The translations under genes and the position numbers were made by a program. DNA of 32,000 bases. It comes from Candidatus Lokiarchaeum ossiferum. GTDB taxonomy: Archaea; Asgardarchaeota; Lokiarchaeia; Sigyniarchaeales; Promethearchaeaceae. The DNA is taken from contig CP104013.1 of NCBI GenBank assembly GCA_025839675.1, positions 1,200,001 to 1,232,000 on the forward strand, given 5' to 3'. Position 1 is the first letter of the stretch. Each line of letters opens with the position of its first letter. The notes beneath the pieces were generated by a model, which searched no databases, was not told where the DNA came from, and worked only from the letters and a program-made list of their open reading frames with translations. Below, in pieces: positions 24,803-32,000 of this stretch.

Positions 24803-26302
24803 CTACATGGATGGAATGATGTCGTGAAATTTGACGATCACTGAATCGGGATTTTTGGTAAATTGTTCATAAGTCACCATAAATTTTTTAAAACTCGGAA
24901 GAGCCCCTAAAATTGCAGCTCCCTTGAAAGAGGCATAAAAACGATCCTTTGGAGTAATTATTTTGATATCGTTCATCGTGGTATTTGTTTTTTTTTCTAA
25001 CAACGTAATTAAATCATTAATTTCATCTTCTGACCCATATTCCCCTTCAACTTCACTAGCGATATTAGCAAGCTCATCATCATCAATTGAAGTTTTTTTT
25101 ATCAGTTTTTTTTCCTTACGAGATAATTTATGATGAGATTCATCAAGGATTTCAATCTGATTTACTTCCAGACTAAATCCGCAATAAGGACAAAAGGAAC
25201 TTTCGTTTAAAATAACGATTTCTCCACATTTGGGACAATTATCTTCCGTTTTTTGGTTAAGTATTTCAGATGGTCTCTCAACTTTTTCCTCTGCATCTTC
25301 GATTTTCGGTTCATCTTCTTCTGGTGGAAAGGGTCCCAATTGGGGGAGAATTTTTTGAATTTCATCTACTAATCTAGGAACTAAGCCTTGCAGATAGGAT
25401 GATCCTCCAGAAAAGATTATTTTCTTCAATAAAGGACGCCAATAAAATGGATCTACTGCTCTTAATGAATCAATTACAGCTTGAGGTAATGCTGGTGAAT
25501 TCAATCCAATTAAACCCGGGTTAAATAATATTTCCCCACTCATAATTACTGATTGAGAATTAATAGTTAAGGGTTCTCCATCTGGTAAAGTAAATATTAC
25601 ATTATTTGCGGGATCGACAGAATCAGAAGTGGGATTGAGGGATATTTTTAAAACTTTTTCTTTAATCTCACGCACAATTTCCTTTTTTATAAAAATACCA
25701 TATTGTGTTAAAGCCGAAGCAAGTTGCTCTTCAACATCTATTCCCGCCAAATTCAACCTTTTAATGCTGGGAGCATAGATTTGACCATTCATGACTGGAG
25801 TTACATGGGTTAATCCACACCCCAATTCTATGGATAAACCAGTTGTTTCTCCTATTGAAAAGACCGCAGTTGTTGCAGAATCGAGCATAGCCACAGATTT
25901 GCACTTATGAGTTTCAAATAAGACTCGAGCAAAATATTGTGCAATGTCTGGGAGGGTTAATGGAGGAATCAAATAAATAACATTACAACGTGCAGGCGGA
26001 ATTCGTAAAACATTATAAAAAATGTGATTTAAAATTGCGAAATACTGATCCCAATCCATCACATTCCCACGTTTTATTGGATAATCTAATTTGAGAACAC
26101 CACGCATTCGAATAGTATCATTTCCGACATAGATATCTTGAGTTTGGCCGCCTGCCATCTGTTGATATTTGGGTTTGCCGGTCACGGTAGGAAAAATAGA
26201 ACGAGGGGTTTCTTCACCTGCAAATCCTACTTTTGTCGAACCTTGACCAATATCGATTATTATTGTATATTCATTGCTCTCTTCATGTGTCTCTGTACTC
26301 AT
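24803..26302 (-). CDS. actin-family protein (Arp-like) with a ~120-aa insertion containing a CPKC-x11-CPYC zinc ribbon
   Basis: Aligns by eye along the whole length of eukaryotic actin: DIGQGSTKVGFAGEETPRSIFPT (phosphate-1), YPIKRGNVMDWD, ELGCGLTHVTPV (phosphate-2), LNLAGIDV, FSGGSSYLQGLVPRL (adenosine), IKIITPKDRFYASFKGAAILGAL. The insertion spans aa ~323-445. Confidence 0.9.
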   Translation of the reverse strand: MSTETHEESNEYTIIIDIGQGSTKVGFAGEETPRSIFPTVTGKPKYQQMAGGQTQDIYVGNDTIRMRGVLKLDYPIKRGNVMDWDQYFAILNHIFYNVLRIPPARCNVIYLIPPLTLPDIAQYFARVLFETHKCKSVAMLDSATTAVFSIGETTGLSIELGCGLTHVTPVMNGQIYAPSIKRLNLAGIDVEEQLASALTQYGIFIKKEIVREIKEKVLKISLNPTSDSVDPANNVIFTLPDGEPLTINSQSVIMSGEILFNPGLIGLNSPALPQAVIDSLRAVDPFYWRPLLKKIIFSGGSSYLQGLVPRLVDEIQKILPQLGPFPPEEDEPKIEDAEEKVERPSEILNQKTEDNCPKCGEIVILNESSFCPYCGFSLEVNQIEILDESHHKLSRKEKKLIKKTSIDDDELANIASEVEGEYGSEDEINDLITLLEKKTNTTMNDIKIITPKDRFYASFKGAAILGALPSFKKFMVTYEQFTKNPDSVIVKFHDIIPSM

Positions 26303-26393
26303 GTTTTCACACTTATCATTTTTCTTTGTAACGGGCTTTGTGTTAAAAACTTGGTTCTTTTTGGCTATAATATTTTCCTTTTTGTTCTTCTTA

Positions 26394-26780
26394 TTAATTT
26401 ATACTATCCTCGAATGATTTCTTGGCAATTTCTTGGTTGATGATCTGAGAAAAATGATCCAATCTCTCTTGCACCATGGAGAAAAGTTCCACTAGATAGG
26501 TGCCCCAGGGAGTAACTGTGACATTGCCCCCTCCACCATATCCACCTTTATGTGAAATTACAACTGGACGCCCAGTTTTCTTAGTAATTGATCTCAATTT
26601 AGACCAGCCATATTTATAGGAGTAACCTAAATCTTCACTTGTTCGAGTCAAGTTTTTGGTTTTTTGTAAAGATTTTATTAAACGAACATCTCCCGGACCG
26701 AGGGTAAAGTTTTCAAAGCCCTTCAACCACAGTTTTGTTCCAATCTGAAAAATAGCATCATCTTTTTTTTGGTCTCCCAT
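26394..26780 (-). CDS. ModE-N-terminal-like winged helix-turn-helix protein
   Basis: LGPGDVRLIKSLQKTKNLTRTSEDLGYSYKYGWSKLRSITKKTGRPVVISHKGGYGGGGNVTVTPWG follows the ModE/LysR-type HTH_1 pattern, including the Gly-rich turn. No TOBE domain. Confidence 0.6.
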   Translation of the reverse strand: MGDQKKDDAIFQIGTKLWLKGFENFTLGPGDVRLIKSLQKTKNLTRTSEDLGYSYKYGWSKLRSITKKTGRPVVISHKGGYGGGGNVTVTPWGTYLVELFSMVQERLDHFSQIINQEIAKKSFEDSIN

Positions 26781-26846
26781 AACTTCTCCTCAATTGAATT
26801 TTAACTTAGAAGCTTAAATTTGTTATCTTTTAGGTGTTTTATGAAG

Positions 26847-27533
26847 TTAATCATCTTTGAGATGATTATTAAGTAAAGTATGGTTTTTTTCAACAAAATT
26901 TTCTCCGAAGCCTTTAATACTTTTGATTTTATCTGGGGAATTTAACAATGATTCAATAATTTCTATTGGATTATCAAAAGATTTTAACAATTTTTGAGCT
27001 TTCTTTGAGCCACAAAGGGTTAATCCTTCAATAAAAAATTGTTGGGCATCAGCTAAAAGTTTTTTTCGAGATTTTTGCCTTCCTACGTCGGGTATATGGT
27101 CTTTCACTTGTTCTCTAAAGGCGATACGAGTTAAAAATAAAAAAACATCATCCCAATTTCGAGCAGCGATTATTCCCGGAAATGAAAGATCACTAAGCGA
27201 TAAAAAATCTATGGAGAGAGATTGGAGAAAAAGACGTTTTTTTTCTTTGATTCGATTAAAACCGTTAAAAATAATAACGCCATTAGAATGAATTTCCAAA
27301 AATTCGTAAAGAGCTTCTTTAATCCTTTGCATTTTCTTCTCATTATCAATATCTTTTGATCCTAACAGAAAAACCCATCCCAAAGGAGGAATAAAAACCA
27401 AATTTGCCCCTAAATTCTCTATTCTTGCCTTTATCACATAGGACTCTAATAAATTTTGGTGAGTTTCAATTTCTTTTTGAAAGGATGTATCAAATGAAAT
27501 TAAATAAATTTTCTCGGTAATTGAGGATCCCAT
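26847..27533 (-). CDS. ERCC4-like domain + helix-hairpin-helix protein lacking the nuclease catalytic motif
   Basis: Collinear with the catalytic ERCC4 protein at 31260 onward: LISFDTS vs IIMDERE, ANLVFIPPLGWVFLLGSK vs GDYILSERIAVERK, VIIFNGFN vs IIILESPN, PGIIAARNWDDVFLFLTRIAFREQ vs IPLIPTKDEKETANFLLKLAKSEQ, FFIEGLTLCGSKKAQKLL vs YFLQGLVDIGKSTAEKYI. GDY and ERK are absent. Confidence 0.5.
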   Translation of the reverse strand: MGSSITEKIYLISFDTSFQKEIETHQNLLESYVIKARIENLGANLVFIPPLGWVFLLGSKDIDNEKKMQRIKEALYEFLEIHSNGVIIFNGFNRIKEKKRLFLQSLSIDFLSLSDLSFPGIIAARNWDDVFLFLTRIAFREQVKDHIPDVGRQKSRKKLLADAQQFFIEGLTLCGSKKAQKLLKSFDNPIEIIESLLNSPDKIKSIKGFGENFVEKNHTLLNNHLKDD

Positions 27534-27586
27534 GACTTTAATAAACTAATGAAAAGTCTTTTATTTATTTACCCCAAATCTAGCTC

Positions 27587-27955
27587 ATGAATCCAATATC
27601 TCATTTTGAAATTAATGCAGATGATCCCATTCGAGCGAAATTATTCTATGAAAGTGTGTTTCAATGGAAAATTACTAAATGGGAAGGGCAGATAGAATAC
27701 TGGAACATTCAAACTAGCGAAATGGAAGGAAAATCTATTGATGGAGGTCTTCAAAAGCGTGAAGATCCCTTAGCAACAATACAAAATTTCATCACAGTTC
27801 CATCAATTGATGAATATGTCCAAAAGGTAAAAGAAAATGGAGGTCAGATAACCACACCAAAAATAACAATTCCGAGTGTCGGTTATTGCATATATTTCAA
27901 AGATACAGAGGGAAATACGTCAGGAATGATGGAGTGGGATAAAAATGCAGATTAA
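27587..27955 (+). CDS. VOC (glyoxalase/bleomycin-resistance) family protein
   Basis: 122 aa. ISHFEINADDPIRAKLFYESVFQWKI ... VPSIDEYVQKVKENGGQI ... GYCIYFKDTEGNTSGMME is the typical single-module VOC pattern. Confidence 0.75.
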   Translation: MNPISHFEINADDPIRAKLFYESVFQWKITKWEGQIEYWNIQTSEMEGKSIDGGLQKREDPLATIQNFITVPSIDEYVQKVKENGGQITTPKITIPSVGYCIYFKDTEGNTSGMMEWDKNAD

Positions 27956-28055
27956 ATCTCTGAAAAGAGTTTGTTGAGGTGAGAACACTTATGTAATTAT
28001 GATCTCACCCAAATATATATATTGCCAAATGAAGTAGATAATAAACATTAAAGTC

Positions 28056-28066
28056 TTTTTATATTT
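28056..28066 (+). promoter_or_regulatory. TATA-box-like TTTTTATATTT upstream of the large repeat-protein gene
   Basis: Lies 33-43 nt upstream of the GTG at 28099. A second A/T alternating tract is at 28011-28023. Confidence 0.25.
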
Positions 28067-28098
28067 GGGAGGAGATTTAAATTAGAAGAAACCAGCGG

Positions 28099-31000
28099 GT
28101 GGGAGTCAAAGGATTAGTTTTGGCATTATTTTTGTTCACAAATTTTTGTTTTTCAAGTTCAATTGAATATAATATGGAATCGGAGCTTGTAGAAAAAGAT
28201 CAATTTAAAAATGGGAATGAACGTCCAACTACGGGTAATGAAGTATTAATTAAAGATCCGATGGAAATAGATCCAACAATCTACGATCAAGATCCAATCG
28301 AAACTTGGATATATATCGAAGGAGAATTGGGAAATAATGACTGGTATATTTCAGAAGTGACTATTCAATTAGAATGTTCTCGTTTAGAAGCCGATGTTTT
28401 TTTTTCTGTGGATAATCAAGGATGGGAATATTATGATGGTATGCCGATAATAATTGAAGAAGATGGAGAACACATCTTTTCTTATTATTCAGAAGACATG
28501 TCAACAGGCGAGATTGAAACAACTAATGAAGAAATCATAAAAATTGCAACATCAATCCCTGTAACCAGTTTTGAAATTATGGGAGAGTTAAATACTGATG
28601 CGACAGCATATGTTTCTGAAGTTTTTTTGACACTAGAGGTTTTAGAATTCTTTACGACAGAATTTGACATATTTTACATTATAAACAGCGGAGATCCCCA
28701 ATTGTATCAAGGATCTATCATATTAGACGAAATTGGAATATATTTTATTGAATATTATGTAAGTATTGAAGCCAGAGAATATGATGCAGAATTTATCCCT
28801 GAATTTGAGATAACTATCGAGGAATATAAAATATTTTGCGATCTTATTGGGACAATTGGAGATGATAATTGGTACATATCAGACATTGAAATCACCATTG
28901 ATAATTTTCAGATGGAGCCAATTTATTATAGTCTAAACGGTGATCCGGAACAGGAGTATACCAGCCCCATGATCATTTCTGAAGATGGAATGTATGATCT
29001 ATATTTCTATTCTTCCATAAATGGACAGTTAGTTGAAGGATCTCAAATTTTTAGCATTGATCAAACATCCCCCACAACGGATATCGAAATTATGGGAATT
29101 ATGGGACAAAATGAATGGTACCTTTCAGAAGTAGAAATTTCATTTGATAGTATTGATCTTAGTTCAGGGGTCAAAGAGACATATTATAGCTATGACCAGA
29201 TGAATTGGAACGTGTATTCAACAATCATCTCAACCACAATCGAAGGTTCGAACACAATTTACTTTTATTCAACCGATAATGCTGGAAATGTAGGAGAAAC
29301 ATTGTCGCAAATTTTCTATATAGAAACTTCAGAAATTGAGGTAAATGTAGAATTCGATGGTTTAATGGGAGATAACAGCTGGTTTAAATCTGATGTAGAA
29401 ATATCTATTACAACAAATCAAATTGCATCTGAAATCGCAGCTTTCACTTACAGTACAAATGGAATAGAATTTATTCCATACACAGGAACATTTTACTATA
29501 CAGAAGAAGGAGTAAACTTTATCTATTTCAATATATCAAGTAATGCAGGACATAATTCATTTGGTTATAGAGAAATTTCTATTGATAAAACAAATCCTTT
29601 GACAACACTCAATATTTCTGGAATAATGGGAGAAAATGACTGGTATATAGCAAATATTGATCTCGATTTCATCTCTACTGATCTTGAATCAACAGTTGCA
29701 TCGATCTATTATAGTTTTGATAATATAACTTGGTCAATTTTCGATGGAACTCCAATTAGCATTGATATAGATGGAATTTATTCATTATTTTACTACTCAA
29801 AAGATTTAGCGGGAAATATTGAACAATACAAATCAGAAATAATCAAAATTGATACAAAAGCTCCCGAAATTTATATTGAATATTCAGGTACAATGGGAGC
29901 CAATGGTTGGTATACCAGCGATGTTGATATATTAATTTCACTAAATAATAGTACGTCGGGAATTTATGAAATAAGCTGTACTTTGAACGGAAATATAATT
30001 TCTCCTTTTATCAACATGATAGAAGTAACTTCTGAAGGAGAAAATATCTTAAATATAGAAGTAACAAGTTTTAGTGGGGCAAAAATCACATATCATGACA
30101 TAATCAAAATAGATAAGACAAGTCCTACAACCGAAATTTATTTTGATGGAGATGTAGGGTCGAATGGTTGGTATTTATCAGAAGGAAATGTTTCTCTAAC
30201 AGCATCAGACAATTTGTTAAATCAATTTCAAATATGGTACAAGATTGATGCGAATGATTGGATGATTTATGAATTTCCTTTGGAATTTTTAAGCGACGGC
30301 ATATATAACATATCCTTCTATTCAACGGATTTTGCTGGAAATAAAGAAAGTGTTAAAGAATTTAAACTTGCACTCGAATTAACTAAACCAGAAGTATTGA
30401 TAAATATTTCGGGTATTGAAGGGAATAATGGTTGGTATAATTCTATAGTTCAAGTAATTCCGTTTGTAACCAATTCTATTTCTGGTCACACACAGTTTAC
30501 TTACTCAATAAATAATGAATCATTTCTTCCATATTTTGTTCCATTAAATATTTCTGAAGAAGGATATAACGATATTAAATTTGAATTGTTGAGCATTGCT
30601 GGAAATATTGTTTTTCAAAATATTTCTCTTTTAATAGATTATTCTAATCCCACAATTCTGTGCAATATTAGTGGAGTTTTAGATGAATTTGATCAATATA
30701 AATCACCAGTAACTGTAAATTTAACTGGAATCGACAAATATTCAGGCATAAATAACATATCTTATAGTTTAGATGGAAATATTTGGAAATTATATACTAG
30801 TCCTTTAGAGTTTTCTGAAGATGATTTCTACATGCTATATTTCGTTGCACTAGACAACGCAGGAAATTTTGGAACTATAAACACTTGCAGTTTTATTATA
30901 AACAAAACCATTGATGAGCAACCATTGAGACACTGTTATGGTTGGACATTTATGTTTAAAGAACATCATTGGTGGTTTGGATTAGGAGAATTGTGCATCT

Positions 31001-31197
31001 ATGAGACTCGAATTGATCTAACATGTGATAGCCAAATATTTAGCTGGGAAATATATGAATTTTCAGTCAATGGGCGTACAGAAATATATTTTGCTATGGA
31101 AAAACAAGAAAAATTAGCAATAATAATTCATTCTGGCAAATGGAATACAATTTGCATGGGATTAGGGTGTAACGTATTCTTTTTGTGTATTGATTAG
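28099..31197 (+). CDS. large secreted acidic protein with ten tandem ~87-aa beta-sandwich-like repeats and a Cys/Trp-rich C-terminal domain
   Basis: Signal-peptide-like N-terminus (GVKGLVLALFLFTNFCFSSS). Repeat motif G-x-x-G-x-N-x-WY-x-S-x-V ... YS-x-D/N ... W ... EG/DG ... YYS-x-D-x-AGN. The start is uncertain: GTG at 28099, or an in-frame ATT at 28081 that is preceded by GGAGGAG and would add a basic RRNQR n-region. Confidence 0.8.
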   Translation: MGVKGLVLALFLFTNFCFSSSIEYNMESELVEKDQFKNGNERPTTGNEVLIKDPMEIDPTIYDQDPIETWIYIEGELGNNDWYISEVTIQLECSRLEADVFFSVDNQGWEYYDGMPIIIEEDGEHIFSYYSEDMSTGEIETTNEEIIKIATSIPVTSFEIMGELNTDATAYVSEVFLTLEVLEFFTTEFDIFYIINSGDPQLYQGSIILDEIGIYFIEYYVSIEAREYDAEFIPEFEITIEEYKIFCDLIGTIGDDNWYISDIEITIDNFQMEPIYYSLNGDPEQEYTSPMIISEDGMYDLYFYSSINGQLVEGSQIFSIDQTSPTTDIEIMGIMGQNEWYLSEVEISFDSIDLSSGVKETYYSYDQMNWNVYSTIISTTIEGSNTIYFYSTDNAGNVGETLSQIFYIETSEIEVNVEFDGLMGDNSWFKSDVEISITTNQIASEIAAFTYSTNGIEFIPYTGTFYYTEEGVNFIYFNISSNAGHNSFGYREISIDKTNPLTTLNISGIMGENDWYIANIDLDFISTDLESTVASIYYSFDNITWSIFDGTPISIDIDGIYSLFYYSKDLAGNIEQYKSEIIKIDTKAPEIYIEYSGTMGANGWYTSDVDILISLNNSTSGIYEISCTLNGNIISPFINMIEVTSEGENILNIEVTSFSGAKITYHDIIKIDKTSPTTEIYFDGDVGSNGWYLSEGNVSLTASDNLLNQFQIWYKIDANDWMIYEFPLEFLSDGIYNISFYSTDFAGNKESVKEFKLALELTKPEVLINISGIEGNNGWYNSIVQVIPFVTNSISGHTQFTYSINNESFLPYFVPLNISEEGYNDIKFELLSIAGNIVFQNISLLIDYSNPTILCNISGVLDEFDQYKSPVTVNLTGIDKYSGINNISYSLDGNIWKLYTSPLEFSEDDFYMLYFVALDNAGNFGTINTCSFIINKTIDEQPLRHCYGWTFMFKEHHWWFGLGELCIYETRIDLTCDSQIFSWEIYEFSVNGRTEIYFAMEKQEKLAIIIHSGKWNTICMGLGCNVFFLCID
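28300..30900 (+). repeat. ten tandem coding repeats, period ~261 nt (divergent at DNA level)
   Basis: The G..G.N.WY motif recurs at about 28321, 28576, 28847, 29088, 29356, 29618, 29884, 30144, 30410 and 30671. Confidence 0.8.
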
Positions 31198-31259
31198 AAT
31201 AAAACTTCAAATCTTTTTTTTACACTATTTTTTATGATAAGAATTTTTAATGATAGTAA

Positions 31260-32000
31260 ATGGAGATTATTCCCTCAAAAGCTCCCGACGCGCAACCAAC
31301 AATCATAATGGATGAACGAGAAAGAGGGAAAATTAAGGAGGAAATGATCAAACTTCCTTGTTCATTACAGATTAAAACTTTAGAAATGGGAGATTATATC
31401 CTTTCGGAAAGAATTGCAGTAGAACGAAAACGGGGAGATGATTTTGTGAGTTCTATCTTTGATAGTCGTCTTTTCATCCAATTAGAAAAATTAAAACAGA
31501 GTTTTCTTAAACCAATAATAATCCTGGAATCGCCCAATCGACTATTTGAACGGAAATTTATTAATAAAAACTCCATAACAGGAGCAATGATCTACATGAT
31601 CTATAGAATGGACATTCCATTAATTCCAACGAAAGATGAAAAAGAAACAGCCAATTTTTTGCTTAAACTGGCAAAATCGGAACAAAAACTTGGACATTGG
31701 CCAGATCTTTCAAAAATTATGACAAACCAATTTAAAAATGCTAAGATAACACGAGAAGATCAAATTTATTTCTTACAAGGGTTAGTCGATATTGGAAAAT
31801 CTACCGCGGAAAAATACATTAACATTTTCGGAACCCCATATTTCGCCCTACAAGCATTGTTGCAAACAGATATCATCTTTACAAAAAATGGAAATCCAAA
31901 AGGAATCTCTGGTCTAATGGCCAGTATCAAGGGCAGTGGACCTAAAATGGTCAGTCGAAATCATCGAATGTTGAAAATGTCCTATAAAATGACAAAGAAA
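31260..32000 (+). CDS. ERCC4-type nuclease (short XPF/Mus81-family) with (HhH)2, 3-prime end outside window
   Basis: My translation from the ATG at 31260 is open to the window end (247 codons): IIMDERERG ... EMGDYILSERIAVERKRGDDF (GDY-ERK-D catalytic signature) ... GLVDIGKSTAEKYINIFGTP ... IKGSGPKM (HhH). Confidence 0.85.
   Translation, partial: MEIIPSKAPDAQPTIIMDERERGKIKEEMIKLPCSLQIKTLEMGDYILSERIAVERKRGDDFVSSIFDSRLFIQLEKLKQSFLKPIIILESPNRLFERKFINKNSITGAMIYMIYRMDIPLIPTKDEKETANFLLKLAKSEQKLGHWPDLSKIMTNQFKNAKITREDQIYFLQGLVDIGKSTAEKYINIFGTPYFALQALLQTDIIFTKNGNPKGISGLMASIKGSGPKMVSRNHRMLKMSYKMTKK

Noticed and set aside
27978-28009. Hairpin GGTGAGA-N18-TCTCACC just after the VOC gene stop.
   Set aside because: It has only a 7-bp stem with a large loop and no adjacent T-run. 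That is too weak to call a terminator or RNA element.
28300-30900. Periodic ~261-nt repeats, considered as a possible CRISPR array or other non-coding tandem array.
   Set aside because: The periodicity is at the protein-domain level inside one continuous ORF. The DNA copies are divergent, and there are no short identical repeats with unique spacers.
1-32000. Searched by eye for tRNA/rRNA (GC-rich islands, GGTTCGAATCC-like T-arms), IS elements, integrases, toxin-antitoxin pairs and known defence genes.
   Set aside because: I found none. The only locally G/C-enriched non-coding patch is 12320-12500, which does not fold into a cloverleaf. No terminal inverted repeats or recombinase motifs were seen.

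Overview
Strongly AT-rich, gene-dense chromosomal segment with about 27 supportable protein genes. I found no rRNA, tRNA, CRISPR array, transposase or integrase. The gene content points to an archaeon, most likely an Asgard (Lokiarchaeia-like) lineage. That is an inference from three things: an unmistakable eukaryote-like actin-family gene, a short ERCC4/XPF nuclease, and a Ski2-like helicase with an N-terminal 4-Cys finger. Main blocks: (i) 61-2902, hypothetical zinc-ribbon proteins and a BNR_4-like beta-propeller. (ii) 2954-11152, a seven-gene minus-strand chemosensory cluster: CheW with a long tail, CheY, CheA, CheB, a CheW-CheC fusion, CheD, and a REC protein with an unknown C-terminal domain. 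No MCP, CheR, CheF or archaellum gene is in the window. (iii) 11255-15625, a DMT transporter, an unusually long 597-nt gap, and a MacB-type ABC ATPase plus FtsX permease pair. (iv) 15644-18592, a large ASH-Ski2/Eta-like helicase. (v) 19106-23457, a DnaJ-type zinc-finger protein without a J domain, a ClC channel with CBS domains, a PK_C-like protein and FolD. (vi) 23555-27533, a secreted alpha/alpha-toroid protein, the actin-family protein carrying a ~120-aa insertion with a zinc ribbon, a ModE-like wHTH, and a catalytically degenerate ERCC4-like protein. (vii) 27587-32000, a VOC protein, a 1032-aa secreted protein built of ten ~87-aa repeats, and a catalytic ERCC4 nuclease that runs off the window. 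The most interesting candidates are the insertion-bearing actin paralogue, the non-canonical chemosensory module, and the possible catalytic/non-catalytic ERCC4 pair. All family calls come from reading motifs in the translations by eye; no searches were run.
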